From the NCBI GenBank assembly GCA_964440235.1, contig CAYTQI010000002.1:36686-98173 (forward strand): a stretch of 61,488 nt of DNA, written 5' to 3'. Positions within the stretch are counted from its first letter, which is position 1. Every line of letters starts with the position of its first letter. The DNA comes from an uncultured Planctomycetia bacterium (GTDB lineage: Bacteria; Omnitrophota; Gorgyraeia; JABMRN01; RBG-13-46-9). Both the position numbers and the translations under genes were made by a program. A model generated the notes under the pieces. That model had not been told where the DNA came from, did no database searches, and saw only the letters and a list, made by a program, of their open reading frames with translations. Positions 41,137 through 51,513 of the stretch are shown one piece after another.

Positions 41137-41831
41137 TGCAACAGAAACTGGTTGAAAGCCTGAATAGCGCGGTGGAAGGATTTATCTACGTTCTCAAAAC
41201 GCAGAGAAACATGAGAATTCATTTTCTCGCTACCGTCTTTATTCTCGTGCTGGGGCTTTATCTCAACCTGTCGAAGGTAGAACTTCTGCTCCTCCTCGGC
41301 GCTATTTCCCTTGTACTTGTGCTGGAAATGGTCAATACTTCCGTTGAGCTTACGGTGGATCTCATAAAGAACGTGTATCACCCGCTTGCGCGTATAATTA
41401 AAGATGTAATCGCGGGGGCTGTTTTTATCTCGGCCCTAAACGCCTTGGCCGTCGGTTATGTCATTTTTTCGCGGCGCATGGGCATTCATCTTGCGGATGG
41501 AATAACTCGCGTTACGCATTCACCCTGGCACATTACTTTCATAGCGCTTCTCGTGGTATTGCTTCTTGTGTTGACAGGGAAAGTATTTTTTCATAAAGGC
41601 ACGCCTTTTCGCGGAGGAATGCCCAGCGGCCACTCCGCTTTCGCTTTTTCGCTCTGGACGGTTATAGTTTTTTCCACAAGAAACGCTCTTATAATGTTTT
41701 TGAGCTTTATACTTGCTTTTTTGATAGCCCGGCACAGGATGAAAGATCATATACATACTTTATGGGAAGTAGCCGCCGGGGCGATTCTGGGTGTACTGGC
41801 TACGGCACTTATATTTCAATTGTTACTATAG
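41136..41831 (+). CDS. dgkA: Diacylglycerol/undecaprenol kinase fused to a PAP2-like domain
   Basis: N-terminal QRNMRIH...EMVNTSVE...KDVIAGAV; C-terminal GGMPSGHS...R...IHT. Confidence 0.88.
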   Translation: MQQKLVESLNSAVEGFIYVLKTQRNMRIHFLATVFILVLGLYLNLSKVELLLLLGAISLVLVLEMVNTSVELTVDLIKNVYHPLARIIKDVIAGAVFISALNALAVGYVIFSRRMGIHLADGITRVTHSPWHITFIALLVVLLLVLTGKVFFHKGTPFRGGMPSGHSAFAFSLWTVIVFSTRNALIMFLSFILAFLIARHRMKDHIHTLWEVAAGAILGVLATALIFQLLL

Positions 41832-41840
41832 GAGGAAGCC

Positions 41841-42461
41841 GTGATTAAAAGATTTCGAAATTATTTCATAACCGGAGTGGCCCTTATTTTTCCGATTACA
41901 ATTACAATAATAATCGTGAGGTTCCTTGTCATAAAGGTCAATAGCTATATACTCAGTCCCACCGTCCGGTTTTTAAACCTGAACCCGTATTTGAGCGAGC
42001 ACAGTATCTATATCGCGAAGGCGCTTGTTTTTATTGTAGTGATAATTTTGATTTCGCTGATAGGCTGGGCGGCTAATATTATTTTTCTGCGCAAGCTTTT
42101 CGGTTTCGGTGAAAAAATATTCGTGAAGGTCCCCATGATAGGCAAGATCTATTCCGTGACAAAAGAAATAGGATCGGCTTTTCTCGGGCATGAAAAGTTT
42201 TTTTTCAAAAAAGTTGTGCTTATTGAGTACCCAAGAAAGGGACTGTATTCAATTGCTTTCATGACCGGTGAGGGCGTAGAAGCGGCAAGGGGCGCCGCGG
42301 GCAGGGATCTGGTGAGTATTTTTGTGGCTACAACACCTAACCCGACCAGCGGCATATATCTTTTGGTTCCCAAAGATGAAGTAAAATATCTCGACCTGAG
42401 CGTCGAGGAAGGGCTTAAACTCGTCGTCTCAAGCGGCGCTATTGTATCGGCCCGGGCTTAG
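41841..42461 (+). CDS. DUF502-family membrane protein
   Basis: FITGVALIFPITIT, VLIEYPRKG, FVATTPNPTSG, SVEEGLKLVVSSG. Confidence 0.88.
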   Translation: MIKRFRNYFITGVALIFPITITIIIVRFLVIKVNSYILSPTVRFLNLNPYLSEHSIYIAKALVFIVVIILISLIGWAANIIFLRKLFGFGEKIFVKVPMIGKIYSVTKEIGSAFLGHEKFFFKKVVLIEYPRKGLYSIAFMTGEGVEAARGAAGRDLVSIFVATTPNPTSGIYLLVPKDEVKYLDLSVEEGLKLVVSSGAIVSARA

Positions 42462-42476
42462 TAACGCGGTTATGAT

Positions 42477-43229
42477 ATGGCTGTTCAAAAAACACAGGGA
42501 TTTGTGCTTCGGAAACAGGACATAAGAGAGACCAGCATACTCCTTACGGTATATACACGGAATTTCGGAAAGCTTAAACTTATTTCCAAAGGGGTAAGGG
42601 CGCCTGAGGCGCGTTTTGTCAGCGCGTACGAACTGCTGGCGCTCGACGATATAGTGTTTTATGAAAGAAAAAAGAAAAACCTCTTTTTTCTTTCCCAGTG
42701 TGACCTGATAAATTATTTTCCCAGGATCAGGGAATCGCTGGAAAGGCTTTCATATGCGGCTTATTTCGCGGATTTTCTTGATTCAGCGACAGCCTCACGC
42801 GAGAAAAACCCGAGAATTTACGAGCTTCTCTCGAATTCGCTTTTTCTTTTATCGGGTAATGCCAGCCCGAAAAGGGTGGCGAGGATTTTTGAGATTAAAC
42901 TTCTGGCGATTCTCGGGCTCATGCCCAGGCTCAGGGAGTGTGTATCCTGCGAGAGGGTTCCGGGAAAAGAGAAGGCGCGTTTCAGTTTTTCACTCGGGGG
43001 CGTTCTCTGCGAAAACTGTTTCGTTAAAGACAAAAGCGCGGGCCCGGTTCTTGCCGGCACGCTTAATTTTATCTCGCACATAAGGAATTTGCCGTTTGAA
43101 AGGATAAAACAGATAAAGGTAAGCAAGAGGGTGGGCGCGGAGGTTGAAAAACTCCTTCGGGGCTTTATCAATTACCATCTTGACTTGAGGCTTAAGAGCA
43201 GGGAGTTTATCGGGAAGGTTGGCCTGTAA
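42477..43229 (+). CDS. recO: DNA repair protein RecO
   Basis: OB-fold (ETSILLTVYTRNFGKL...KGVR), zinc finger CVSC...CENC. Confidence 0.92.
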   Translation: MAVQKTQGFVLRKQDIRETSILLTVYTRNFGKLKLISKGVRAPEARFVSAYELLALDDIVFYERKKKNLFFLSQCDLINYFPRIRESLERLSYAAYFADFLDSATASREKNPRIYELLSNSLFLLSGNASPKRVARIFEIKLLAILGLMPRLRECVSCERVPGKEKARFSFSLGGVLCENCFVKDKSAGPVLAGTLNFISHIRNLPFERIKQIKVSKRVGAEVEKLLRGFINYHLDLRLKSREFIGKVGL

Positions 43230-43314
43230 AGACGGACCTACCGTATAAACGATTTTTAACGGGCCTGCGTTAACGCATGGCAGCCATCAGCAATCTTTTG
43301 AAAGGAAAAAAACA

Positions 43315-44616
43315 ATGTTTGACTTAAATACGATAGCGTCACTTTGCAAGAGGCGCGGATTTATATTTCAATCAAGCGAGATATACGGCGGCCTTGGAAG
43401 CGTCTGGGATTACGGTCCGCTTGGCGTGGAGCTTAAAAACAATGTGAAGCGGGCCTGGTGGAATAGTTCGGTTTATGAAAGAGACGATATTTTCGGTATG
43501 GACGCCAGTATTTTGATGCATCCCAGAGTCTGGGAGGCATCCGGCCATTTAGAGAGTTTCGCCGACCCTTTTATAAAATGCCCGGCCTGCGAAAAATTTT
43601 TTAGGACAGACGAAAACATAGCAGCTAAAAAGCCCTGTCCGAACTGCGGCAAGCCCCTACCGGAAAAATCCATGTCTGCCAATTTAATGTTTGAGACATT
43701 GTGCGGCCCGGTAAAGGAAACCGCTCAAAAAGTATTCTTTCGTCCGGAAACCGCCCAGGGGATGTTTGTTAATTTTTTAAATATCCTTTCCTCAAAACAC
43801 CCGAAACTTCCGTTCGGCCTGGCCCAGATCGGCAAGGCCTTTCGCAATGAAATCACAACCGGAAATTTTATTTTCAGGACCCGAGAATTTGAGCAGATGG
43901 AGATCGAGTATTTTGTCAGGCCGGAAGAGGCCCAGGCGTCCTATAAACGCTGGGTTGAAGAGAGATTTAACTGGTATGTGAAATTAGGGATAAAAACGGA
44001 AAATTTAAGAACACGGCCGCATTCAAAAGAGGAACTTGCCCATTACGCTTCGGCCTGTTCGGATATAGAATACAATTTTCCTTTCGGCTGGAGCGAACTG
44101 GAGGGCATAGCAAGCAGGACGGATTTTGATTTAAAACAGCATTCGAAAGTAAGCGGTAAGGATTTAAGGTATTTCGACGACGCTTCCAAGCAAAAGTTTT
44201 ATCCCTACATAATTGAGCCTTCGGGGGGAGTTGATAGAAGCGTATTGGCGTTTTTGGTGGATTCCTATCGCGAGGAAAAAGTAAGAAAAGAGAAAAGGGT
44301 TGTCTTAAGCTTACATAAAGATCTGGCGCCCGTGAAGGCGGCCGTTTTCCCGCTTTTAAGAAACAGGCCCGAGATAGTGAAACTCGCGAAATCTATTCAT
44401 GAGGATATAAGGGGAAAGTACAATTCTGTTTATGATGACACCGCTTCCATAGGCCGTCTTTACAGGAGACAGGACGAGGCGGGAACCCTGTATTGCGTTA
44501 CGGTTGATGTTGATTCCCTGGAAGATAAAAAAGTAACGGTGAGAGACAGGGATACAATGAGACAGGACAGGATTGACATTTCCAGGGTGAAGAAGTATAT
44601 AGAGGATAAACTGTAA
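43315..44616 (+). CDS. glyQS: Glycine--tRNA ligase, homodimeric alpha2 type
   Basis: CKRRGFIFQSSEIYGG, RPETAQG, FRNEITTGNFIFRTREFEQME, IEPSGGVDR. Confidence 0.96.
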   Translation: MFDLNTIASLCKRRGFIFQSSEIYGGLGSVWDYGPLGVELKNNVKRAWWNSSVYERDDIFGMDASILMHPRVWEASGHLESFADPFIKCPACEKFFRTDENIAAKKPCPNCGKPLPEKSMSANLMFETLCGPVKETAQKVFFRPETAQGMFVNFLNILSSKHPKLPFGLAQIGKAFRNEITTGNFIFRTREFEQMEIEYFVRPEEAQASYKRWVEERFNWYVKLGIKTENLRTRPHSKEELAHYASACSDIEYNFPFGWSELEGIASRTDFDLKQHSKVSGKDLRYFDDASKQKFYPYIIEPSGGVDRSVLAFLVDSYREEKVRKEKRVVLSLHKDLAPVKAAVFPLLRNRPEIVKLAKSIHEDIRGKYNSVYDDTASIGRLYRRQDEAGTLYCVTVDVDSLEDKKVTVRDRDTMRQDRIDISRVKKYIEDKL

Positions 44617-44709
44617 GGGCCCGCATTTGTGTGCGGGAAACGCTGCGAGGTAGCGTTAAGGATGAGAAGTACGCGGGAACGAATAGTAAAAGAAGGGAGA
44701 AAAGTGAAA

Positions 44710-47454
44710 ATGGCGGTAAGAGCGAAGAAAGCGGGATCGGGAAAGAAATACGTGTATTTTTTTGGTGATGGGAAAGCGGAAGGCAAAGCCGCGATGAAAA
44801 ATCTACTTGGCGGTAAGGGCGCCAATCTCGCCGAAATGACTAACATGAAAATACCGGTGCCGGCCGGATTTACGATATCCACCGATGTTTGCGTTTATTA
44901 TTACGAAAATAGCGAAAAGTATCCCCGGCATCTCGAAGAAGATGTCGCCTCGAGCCTGAGAAAAATAGAAAAAGCCATGGGCGCGATTTTCGGTGACAGC
45001 GATAACCCTCTTCTTGTTTCGGTGCGTTCCGGCGCGCGCGTTTCAATGCCGGGCATGATGGACACGGTCCTGAATCTTGGCCTGAATGATGTTACGGTTA
45101 AGGGGCTGGCGAAGCAGACGAAGAATGAGCGGTTTGCCTACGATGCCTACAGGAGATTCGTGCAGATGTTCGGGGACGTTGTTCTCGGGCTCAAGCCGAA
45201 AGGCAAAGACGAACATGATCCGTTTGAGGTCATAATGGATAAGATCAAAAAGGAAAAAGGAGTTAAACTGGATATTGACCTTTCAACGGAAGACCTGAAA
45301 AAACTGGTAAAGCTATATAAGGAGGAGATTAAAAATAAAACCGGAAAAGTTTTTCCAGAAGATCCGTATAAGCAGCTCTGGGCCTCAATAGGAGCGGTTT
45401 TTCAGTCATGGAATAACGACAGGGCCATTGCTTACCGGAAGATAAATAAAATACCGGATCTCTGGGGAACGGCAGTTAACGTGCAGTCAATGGTTTTTGG
45501 GAACATGGGCGAGGACTCCGGTACGGGCGTGGCATTTACCCGTGATCCGGCAACGGGCGAGAAAAGATTTTACGGGGAATATCTTCTGGACGCTCAGGGA
45601 GAAGATGTTGTTGCCGGTACACGCACGCCGCAGTCCATAGAAAAACTCGAAAAGCAGCTCAAAAAACCATACGGGGAGCTATTGAGAATTTACAGGCAGC
45701 TGGAAAAGCATTACAGAGAAATGCAGGACATGGAGTTTACCATCCAAAAAGGCAAACTCTGGATGCTGCAGACAAGGGCCGGAAAAAGAACCGGCCTCGC
45801 GGCCATCAAGATAGCGGTAGATATGGTAGGTGAGGGAATGATTTCCGAGGACGAAGCGCTTCGGAGAATAGACCCCGAACAGCTGAACCAGCTTCTCAGG
45901 CCCGTATTTGACCTCGCGGAAAAGAAAAACGCGGTAAAAAACGGAAAACTTTTGGCTAAGGGGCTTAATGCCGGGCCGGGCGCCGCTTGCGGCAAAGTGG
46001 TATTCAACGCCTCTGACGCCGAAGAAGAGGCGAAAAAAGGAGAGAATGTAATTCTTGTTCGTATTGAGACCAGCCCGGAAGATATTACCGGCATGAACGC
46101 GGCAGTCGGAATCCTGACCGCGCGGGGAGGGATGACCTCACACGCGGCGCTTGTCGCCAGGCAGATGGGAAAGGTTTGCGTGGCCGGGTGCGGCGCGCTG
46201 GACATAGATTATACCGAAAGAAAAATGCGGGTTAAGGACGCTGTAGTTAAGGAAGGCGAGTATATATCCATTGACGGAACGACAGGGGAAGTAATTTACG
46301 GTAAGATCAAGACGAAACCCTCGGAGATACTGCAGGTTCTTGACGATAAAAGCATGGATCCCGCCAAATCCGGCACCTACAGGCTCTTCAAGAAACTGAT
46401 GGGGTGGGCCGATAAAAAGCGCAGATTGAAAATAAGGACAAATGCCGACCAGGGTGACCAGGCCAGGATAGCGCTTGCTTTTGGAGCCGAGGGAATAGGC
46501 CTTTGCCGTACTGAACACATGTTTTTTGGAGAAGGCAAGATAGAGCCCATGCGGGAGATGATTCTTGCTGAAGATGCGTCCGGCAGGAAAGATGCGCTGG
46601 CAAAACTTCTGCCGATCCAGAAAAAGGATTTCGAGGGAATATTCAAGGTAATGAAAGGCCTCCCTGTTACCATACGGACGCTGGACCCGCCTCTTCATGA
46701 ATTTCTGCCTCACGAGGAGGCCGAGGTAAAAAAAATGGCCGAGATCATGGGCGTAAGCGCGGCAAAAATTAACGCAAAAATAAATTACCTTAAGGAAATG
46801 AACCCCATGCTCGGGCTTCGGGGGTGCCGGCTCGGGATTTTATATCCTGAAATAACCCGCATGCAGGCGAGGGCAATTTTTGAAGCGGCCTGCGAGGTAC
46901 AAAAATCAGGTACCAGGGTTTTTCCGGAAATCATGATCCCGCTGGTAGGGAATGTGAACGAACTTAAACAACAGCAGGATGTTGTGCGCAAGGTCGCGGA
47001 AGAGGTGACGAAAGAGTATGGCGAAAAACTGAAATATACCGTAGGTACGATGATAGAGCTTCCGCGAGCCGCCTTAACCGCGGACAAAATAGCGGCAGCG
47101 GCGGAATTTTTCTCTTTCGGGACAAATGACCTCACACAGACGACATACGGGCTTTCGCGCGACGACGCGGGAAAGTTTCTTTCCTATTACTACGATAAGG
47201 GAATGATGAAAGAAGATCCGTTCCAGACAATAGATCAGGATGGGGTCGGCCGGCTTATGGAGATAGGCGTTAAGCGGGGCCGTCAAACAAGGAAAAATCT
47301 TAAAATCGGAATTTGCGGGGAACACGGCGGCGAAACAAAATCCGTTGAATTTTGCGATCGCATCGGGCTTAATTACGTAAGCTGTTCACCGTTCAGGGTG
47401 CCCATAGCGCGGCTTGCCGCGGCCCGGGCGGTTGTAAAAAGGAAAAAGAAGTAA
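44710..47454 (+). CDS. ppdK: Pyruvate, phosphate dikinase
   Basis: [37 protein letters not shown] (phospho-His), [23 protein letters not shown] at 44710 is preferred over the ORF-track GTG at 44629. Confidence 0.97.
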   Translation: MAVRAKKAGSGKKYVYFFGDGKAEGKAAMKNLLGGKGANLAEMTNMKIPVPAGFTISTDVCVYYYENSEKYPRHLEEDVASSLRKIEKAMGAIFGDSDNPLLVSVRSGARVSMPGMMDTVLNLGLNDVTVKGLAKQTKNERFAYDAYRRFVQMFGDVVLGLKPKGKDEHDPFEVIMDKIKKEKGVKLDIDLSTEDLKKLVKLYKEEIKNKTGKVFPEDPYKQLWASIGAVFQSWNNDRAIAYRKINKIPDLWGTAVNVQSMVFGNMGEDSGTGVAFTRDPATGEKRFYGEYLLDAQGEDVVAGTRTPQSIEKLEKQLKKPYGELLRIYRQLEKHYREMQDMEFTIQKGKLWMLQTRAGKRTGLAAIKIAVDMVGEGMISEDEALRRIDPEQLNQLLRPVFDLAEKKNAVKNGKLLAKGLNAGPGAACGKVVFNASDAEEEAKKGENVILVRIETSPEDITGMNAAVGILTARGGMTSHAALVARQMGKVCVAGCGALDIDYTERKMRVKDAVVKEGEYISIDGTTGEVIYGKIKTKPSEILQVLDDKSMDPAKSGTYRLFKKLMGWADKKRRLKIRTNADQGDQARIALAFGAEGIGLCRTEHMFFGEGKIEPMREMILAEDASGRKDALAKLLPIQKKDFEGIFKVMKGLPVTIRTLDPPLHEFLPHEEAEVKKMAEIMGVSAAKINAKINYLKEMNPMLGLRGCRLGILYPEITRMQARAIFEAACEVQKSGTRVFPEIMIPLVGNVNELKQQQDVVRKVAEEVTKEYGEKLKYTVGTMIELPRAALTADKIAAAAEFFSFGTNDLTQTTYGLSRDDAGKFLSYYYDKGMMKEDPFQTIDQDGVGRLMEIGVKRGRQTRKNLKIGICGEHGGETKSVEFCDRIGLNYVSCSPFRVPIARLAAARAVVKRKKK

Positions 47455-48287
47455 TGGATAACATACGGCTTTACCTAAAGGACATAAAAAATCTGCCGCT
47501 ATTAAAACCGGCCGAAGAGGTTAGCCTCGCCAAGAAAATAATAAAAGGCGACAAGCGCGCCAAGCAGAAAATGATACAATCAAACCTGCGGCTTGTTATC
47601 AACATAGCGAAAAAATACAGTTATCTTGGCGTACCGATGCTTGACCTGATAGAGGAAGGCAACCTTGGATTGATGAAGGCGGTGGAAAAATACAATTACA
47701 AAAGAGGATACAGGTTTTCAACTTACGCGGCATGGTGGATAAAACAGTACATAACAAGGGCTATCGCGAACCAGGGGAAGACCGTCAGGATACCCGTTTA
47801 TGTTATTGAGCTTCTTATGAGGTTCAAGAAAGTAACGGGGCAGCTTTCCCACAAGTTTAAGAGAAAGCCGCGGCTTAACGAGATATCCAAGAGAATGAGG
47901 ATGCCTTTGAAGCGCGTCAGGCAGCTCAACAGGATGGCGAGTACGGTTTCAAGCCTGAATGCCCCTGTAGATGAAAGCGGTTCAACGGAATTTATGGACC
48001 TCATTGAGGATGAAAAAGTGGCGCAGGAAGTAGGTGAATTAAGTAATTTCCTTCTCCACGAAAGGGTAAAAGACCTGCTGCACAGAATGACACCGCGCGA
48101 AAAAAAAATTCTAAGCCTTCGTTTTGGGCTCAAGGACGGAGTGCGGCACACTCTGAGAGAAACCGCCTCCAACTTTGGGATAACGAGAGAAAGGGTCCGC
48201 CAGATCGAGAGCATAGCGATGAGAAAATTACGGGAATTGATGAAGGAAGAGGGAAAAGCGGAGGGAGGAGGAACCGTAGTAAAATGA
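47454..48287 (+). CDS. RpoD/SigA-like sigma70 factor lacking region 1.1
   Basis: Begins at region 1.2 (IRLYLKDI); NLRLVINIAKKY, DLIEEGNLGLMKAV, FSTYAAWWIKQ, GITRERVRQIE. Confidence 0.92.
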   Translation: MDNIRLYLKDIKNLPLLKPAEEVSLAKKIIKGDKRAKQKMIQSNLRLVINIAKKYSYLGVPMLDLIEEGNLGLMKAVEKYNYKRGYRFSTYAAWWIKQYITRAIANQGKTVRIPVYVIELLMRFKKVTGQLSHKFKRKPRLNEISKRMRMPLKRVRQLNRMASTVSSLNAPVDESGSTEFMDLIEDEKVAQEVGELSNFLLHERVKDLLHRMTPREKKILSLRFGLKDGVRHTLRETASNFGITRERVRQIESIAMRKLRELMKEEGKAEGGGTVVK

Positions 48288-48811
48288 AAAAAGACCTGAA
48301 GGCCATTATACGGAATGTTCCGGATTTTCCGAAAAAAGGTATTGTATTCAGGGATATTACGCCTTTGATCGGTGATAAAGAGGCATTTAAATATGTAATT
48401 GATGAATTGGTAAGGCGTTACGCGGATAACAAGGTCGACTATATCGTGAGTGTCGAATCAAGGGGTTTTATTTTTGGCGCGGCGCTTGCTTATGTAATCG
48501 GATGCGGCCTTATCCCGGTTAGAAAAAAAGGAAAACTTCCGTACAAAACTCATGAAATTACTTATGATCTGGAATACGGCCGGGACACTCTTCAAATTCA
48601 CACCGATGCGATTGAGAAGGGAAAGAGGGTGCTTGTGCTGGATGATCTTTTGGCTACCGGCGGAACAACGCTGGCCGCTATAGATCTGGTTAGAAAAATG
48701 GAAGGCGAAATTGTCGAGGCGGCTTTTGTAATCGAACTCGAATTCTTGAAAGGCCGCGAAAAAATCAAGGATACGCCGGTTTTCTCGCTTGTGAAATATG
48801 ACAAGGAATAA
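48284..48811 (+). CDS. apt: Adenine phosphoribosyltransferase
   Basis: PDFPKKGIVFRDITPL, ESRGFIFG, VLVLDDLLATGGT. Confidence 0.97.
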   Translation: MKKDLKAIIRNVPDFPKKGIVFRDITPLIGDKEAFKYVIDELVRRYADNKVDYIVSVESRGFIFGAALAYVIGCGLIPVRKKGKLPYKTHEITYDLEYGRDTLQIHTDAIEKGKRVLVLDDLLATGGTTLAAIDLVRKMEGEIVEAAFVIELEFLKGREKIKDTPVFSLVKYDKE

Positions 48812-48860
48812 ATGTTATTTCGGCAGTGAGAAATTTTTTCACAGGCCGAATTTCTAACAT
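48812..48860. repeat. Interrupted palindrome between apt and tRNA-Arg
   Basis: ATGTTA..TTCGGC..GTGAGAAATTTTTTCAC..GCCGAA..TAACAT. Confidence 0.6.
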
Positions 48861-48896
48861 CGCCCCAGCGTTAAAAATTTCTTAAGGCAAAATTTT

Positions 48897-48973
48897 GTCC
48901 CTGTAGCTCAGCTGGATAGAGCACAGGTTTCCTAAACCTGGTGTCGTCCGTTCGAATCGGACCAGGGACGCCA
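48897..48973 (+). tRNA. tRNA-Arg (anticodon CCT), CCA encoded
   Basis: Acceptor GTCCCTG/CAGGGAC, anticodon stem CAGGT/ACCTG with loop TTCCTAA, T-loop TTCGAAT. Confidence 0.97.
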
Positions 48974-48992
48974 TTAACATGAAAGGGGATCA

Positions 48993-49655
48993 ATGATAGA
49001 CCTGCATACGCATTCACTTTTAAGTGACGGCGAGCTTTTACCGAGTGAGCTTGTGAGGAGGGCGTGGGAAAAAGGCTATGAGGCGATCGCGATTACGGAC
49101 CATGTTGATTTTTCAAATATCGATTTTGTCGTGCCGCGGATCGTAAAAACCTGTAAAATTCTTAACAAATACTGGAAGATAAAATCCATTCCCGGAGTCG
49201 AGATTACACATGTCCCGCCTGAAAGCATAAAGGGCCTGGTTAAGTTCGCGCGCGCTTCCGGCGCGAAAATTATTGTCGGACACGGCGAAACTGTTTCGGA
49301 ACCTGTGTTGCCGGGCACAAATAAAGCTTTTATTGAAGCCCGCGCGGATATACTTGCCCATCCCGGAATGATAAGCGAAAGAGAAATTAAGCTGGCGAAA
49401 AAAAAAGGTGTTTTTCTTGAAATTACCACAAGAAAAAGCCACTCAAAACCCAATAAGCGTCTTGTAAAACTGGCGTTAACACTTAAAGCGCCGCTGGTGT
49501 TAAATACGGATACGCACACGCCGGCAGATTTTATTGATGATGAAAAACGCAACCGGTTCCTAACGAATTTGGGCCTTAGCGAATGCGATATAGGCCGAAT
49601 GGTTAGGAATTCCTATTTCCTGGCGAAAGTAAGAAAAACTCATTCGGCGTCTTGA
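48993..49655 (+). CDS. PHP-domain protein (histidinol-phosphatase-like family)
   Basis: DLHTHSLLSDG, AITDHVD, GVEITH, VGHGET, ILAHPG, NTDTH. Confidence 0.88.
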   Translation: MIDLHTHSLLSDGELLPSELVRRAWEKGYEAIAITDHVDFSNIDFVVPRIVKTCKILNKYWKIKSIPGVEITHVPPESIKGLVKFARASGAKIIVGHGETVSEPVLPGTNKAFIEARADILAHPGMISEREIKLAKKKGVFLEITTRKSHSKPNKRLVKLALTLKAPLVLNTDTHTPADFIDDEKRNRFLTNLGLSECDIGRMVRNSYFLAKVRKTHSAS

Positions 49656-49679
49656 CAAATCTAACTTTTGTGGTATACT
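49652..49679 (+). promoter_or_regulatory. Sigma70 promoter with extended -10
   Basis: TTGACA (49652-49657), 16 nt spacer, TG-g-TATACT (49671-49679). Confidence 0.8.
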
Positions 49680-49682
49680 TAC

Positions 49683-49815
49683 ATCGTTGTGCTGTACATC
49701 ATGGCGGTTTCGAATAACGGCTAAGAAAGGAGGGATGCAATAATTCAAGCCGAAATGAATGCCATGGTGATATAGGTATATAAGAGCGATAAAAATGGGC
49801 TTCATTGGCAAGCCC
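49683..49815 (+). ncRNA. Candidate structured leader or small RNA
   Basis: Long imperfect hairpin: ATCGTT/AGCGAT, TGTACATCATGGC/GCCATGGTGATATA, inner TTTCG or CGGCT pairing with AGCCGAAA. It is followed by a GGGCTT/AAGCCC hairpin and starts right after a strong promoter. Confidence 0.4.
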
Positions 49816-49854
49816 GCTTGGTACGTATATAAGGTTGTATAATCAGGAGGAAAG

Positions 49855-51420
49855 ATGAAATTATTAAGAATTATATGTGTTTTGGCTTTGGCGCTTTCCG
49901 TTACGACGGGCGCTTACGCCGCGACACAGAGCATAAAGCTCTCAGGGGATATCGCGATTCGCGGTTTCGCGAGAGGCGATTATGACCTCAATGCTCACTA
50001 TGAAGAGCCGGATATTCCGCAGCAGCCGGGCGCTTTCGAGCGGCAGCAGAATCCGCTGCAGGGTACCGATGACTGGCAGACATGGTTCATGAGTACCGCG
50101 GAAATTCAGCTTGACGCAGACCTTACGGACAATGTCTCTGGAACAGTAAGGCTCTTCAACCAAAGGGATTGGGATGTAAGAACAAAGAACGCGGCAGGCG
50201 CGGATCCCGCGGTGACATATGACGCTACCTATCAAAGCACGGATCCTGTTCCGGATAGTGATTATCCGAATTTGCGCGAATTTAATGTCGGCGTTGATCT
50301 CGCGTATATAGAGCTCAAAGAGTTCCTGTATTCGCCTCTTACACTGAAGATCGGCCGTCAGGATTTGTGGTTCGGAAAAGGGTTTATCGTAGGCGCGAAC
50401 ATGCGTGACTACAATAACCTTATCAACGCTGACGAATATACCTGCATGAGGTCATTCGATGCCATAAGGGCGACATTTGATTATGATCCATGGACCGTTG
50501 ACGCTGTCGCGGCGATGATATGGGAAAACGAAATCGGATCCAAAGATGATGAGACCCTTTTGGGCGTGAATGTTGGTTATCTTTTTGATTCGTTCAACGG
50601 TGAAGCGGAAGCCTACTGGTTCAATAAAACCGACAAGGGGTCAGTGCTGCCTAGAAACGTGAAGCAGCACAACTATGTCCATACCGTTGGCGCGAGAGGA
50701 AGCGCGGACCCGCTCGAATTCTTAACTGTTGCGGCAGAGGGCGCGTATCAGTTCGGGCATTTTGTAGGTTTCAGGGATCAGCTGCATAAGAGAGGCCGAA
50801 GCGCCTGGGCTGTTGACGGAAGCGTAGAATGCAGATACCTGAAAGACATAATTCCGTGGAAGCCGGTTTTAGGGGCTGAATATATACTGTATTCGGGTGA
50901 CAGGGGATATGCGCCTGATAGACGGAGCAGCGAAACATATACCGGTTGGGATTCCATGTACCGCGGCAAATTCGACACTGCATACCGTGAATATGTCGGA
51001 AGGTACAATTTCACGCATATGGGCTGGCTGGTAGGGCGGACTTTGCCATACAGGAATTACATAGACAATCAGGTCGATGATTCCCGCAATAACCAGCACC
51101 AGGTGCTGCTTTACGGAAATATTATGCCGACCGAGAGCATCACAGTGGACGGAAAACTCGGATTTTTCTGGCAGCAATATAATAGAGAGATCGAAGGAAT
51201 TCTTCTGGAGCCGAACGGGTTCATAGAAGGGGGCGTAAGAAATATGGAAAAACGCTCGCCTTTCCTCGGTACCGAATTCGATCTTGGCGTAACCTGGGAT
51301 TATACCGAAGACGTTGCGTTTGGATTTCTGGCAGCGTGGTTTTTCCCCGGAAATTTCTACTATGATCAATCAGACACTACGGCAACGGATATTGTCGGAA
51401 CCGTAAAACTCAGCTTCTAA
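49855..51420 (+). CDS. Outer-membrane beta-barrel protein (alginate export / porin-like)
   Basis: Signal peptide (…GAYA), alternating aromatic strands, LTLKIGRQDL, C-terminal GTVKLSF; AGGAGG Shine-Dalgarno site. Confidence 0.85.
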   Translation: MKLLRIICVLALALSVTTGAYAATQSIKLSGDIAIRGFARGDYDLNAHYEEPDIPQQPGAFERQQNPLQGTDDWQTWFMSTAEIQLDADLTDNVSGTVRLFNQRDWDVRTKNAAGADPAVTYDATYQSTDPVPDSDYPNLREFNVGVDLAYIELKEFLYSPLTLKIGRQDLWFGKGFIVGANMRDYNNLINADEYTCMRSFDAIRATFDYDPWTVDAVAAMIWENEIGSKDDETLLGVNVGYLFDSFNGEAEAYWFNKTDKGSVLPRNVKQHNYVHTVGARGSADPLEFLTVAAEGAYQFGHFVGFRDQLHKRGRSAWAVDGSVECRYLKDIIPWKPVLGAEYILYSGDRGYAPDRRSSETYTGWDSMYRGKFDTAYREYVGRYNFTHMGWLVGRTLPYRNYIDNQVDDSRNNQHQVLLYGNIMPTESITVDGKLGFFWQQYNREIEGILLEPNGFIEGGVRNMEKRSPFLGTEFDLGVTWDYTEDVAFGFLAAWFFPGNFYYDQSDTTATDIVGTVKLSF

Positions 51421-51435
51421 GAGAAGCATGTTTTT

Positions 51436-51496
51436 ATCCCGCCCCTTTGGTAAAATAAAGCAATGTTGATATTTTGCCAAGAGGGCGGGATTTTTT
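51436..51496 (+). terminator. Long-stem terminator after the porin gene
   Basis: ATCCCGCCCCTTTGGTAAAAT pairs with ATTTTGCCAAGAGGGCGGGAT (~21 bp, one mismatch), followed by T5. Confidence 0.7.
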
Positions 51497-51513
51497 AAAA
51501 AGGAGGCATATAG

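Noticed and set aside
44629-44709. 27-aa N-terminal extension of PpdK
   Set aside because: GTG start with no homology to PPDK; the region contains terminator-like hairpins, and the ATG at 44710 has a purine-rich RBS.
49726-49743. AAGGAGG-G-ATG-CAA-TAA mini-ORF
   Set aside because: SD-to-ATG spacing of 1 nt is too short for efficient initiation. Kept only as part of the structured-RNA finding.
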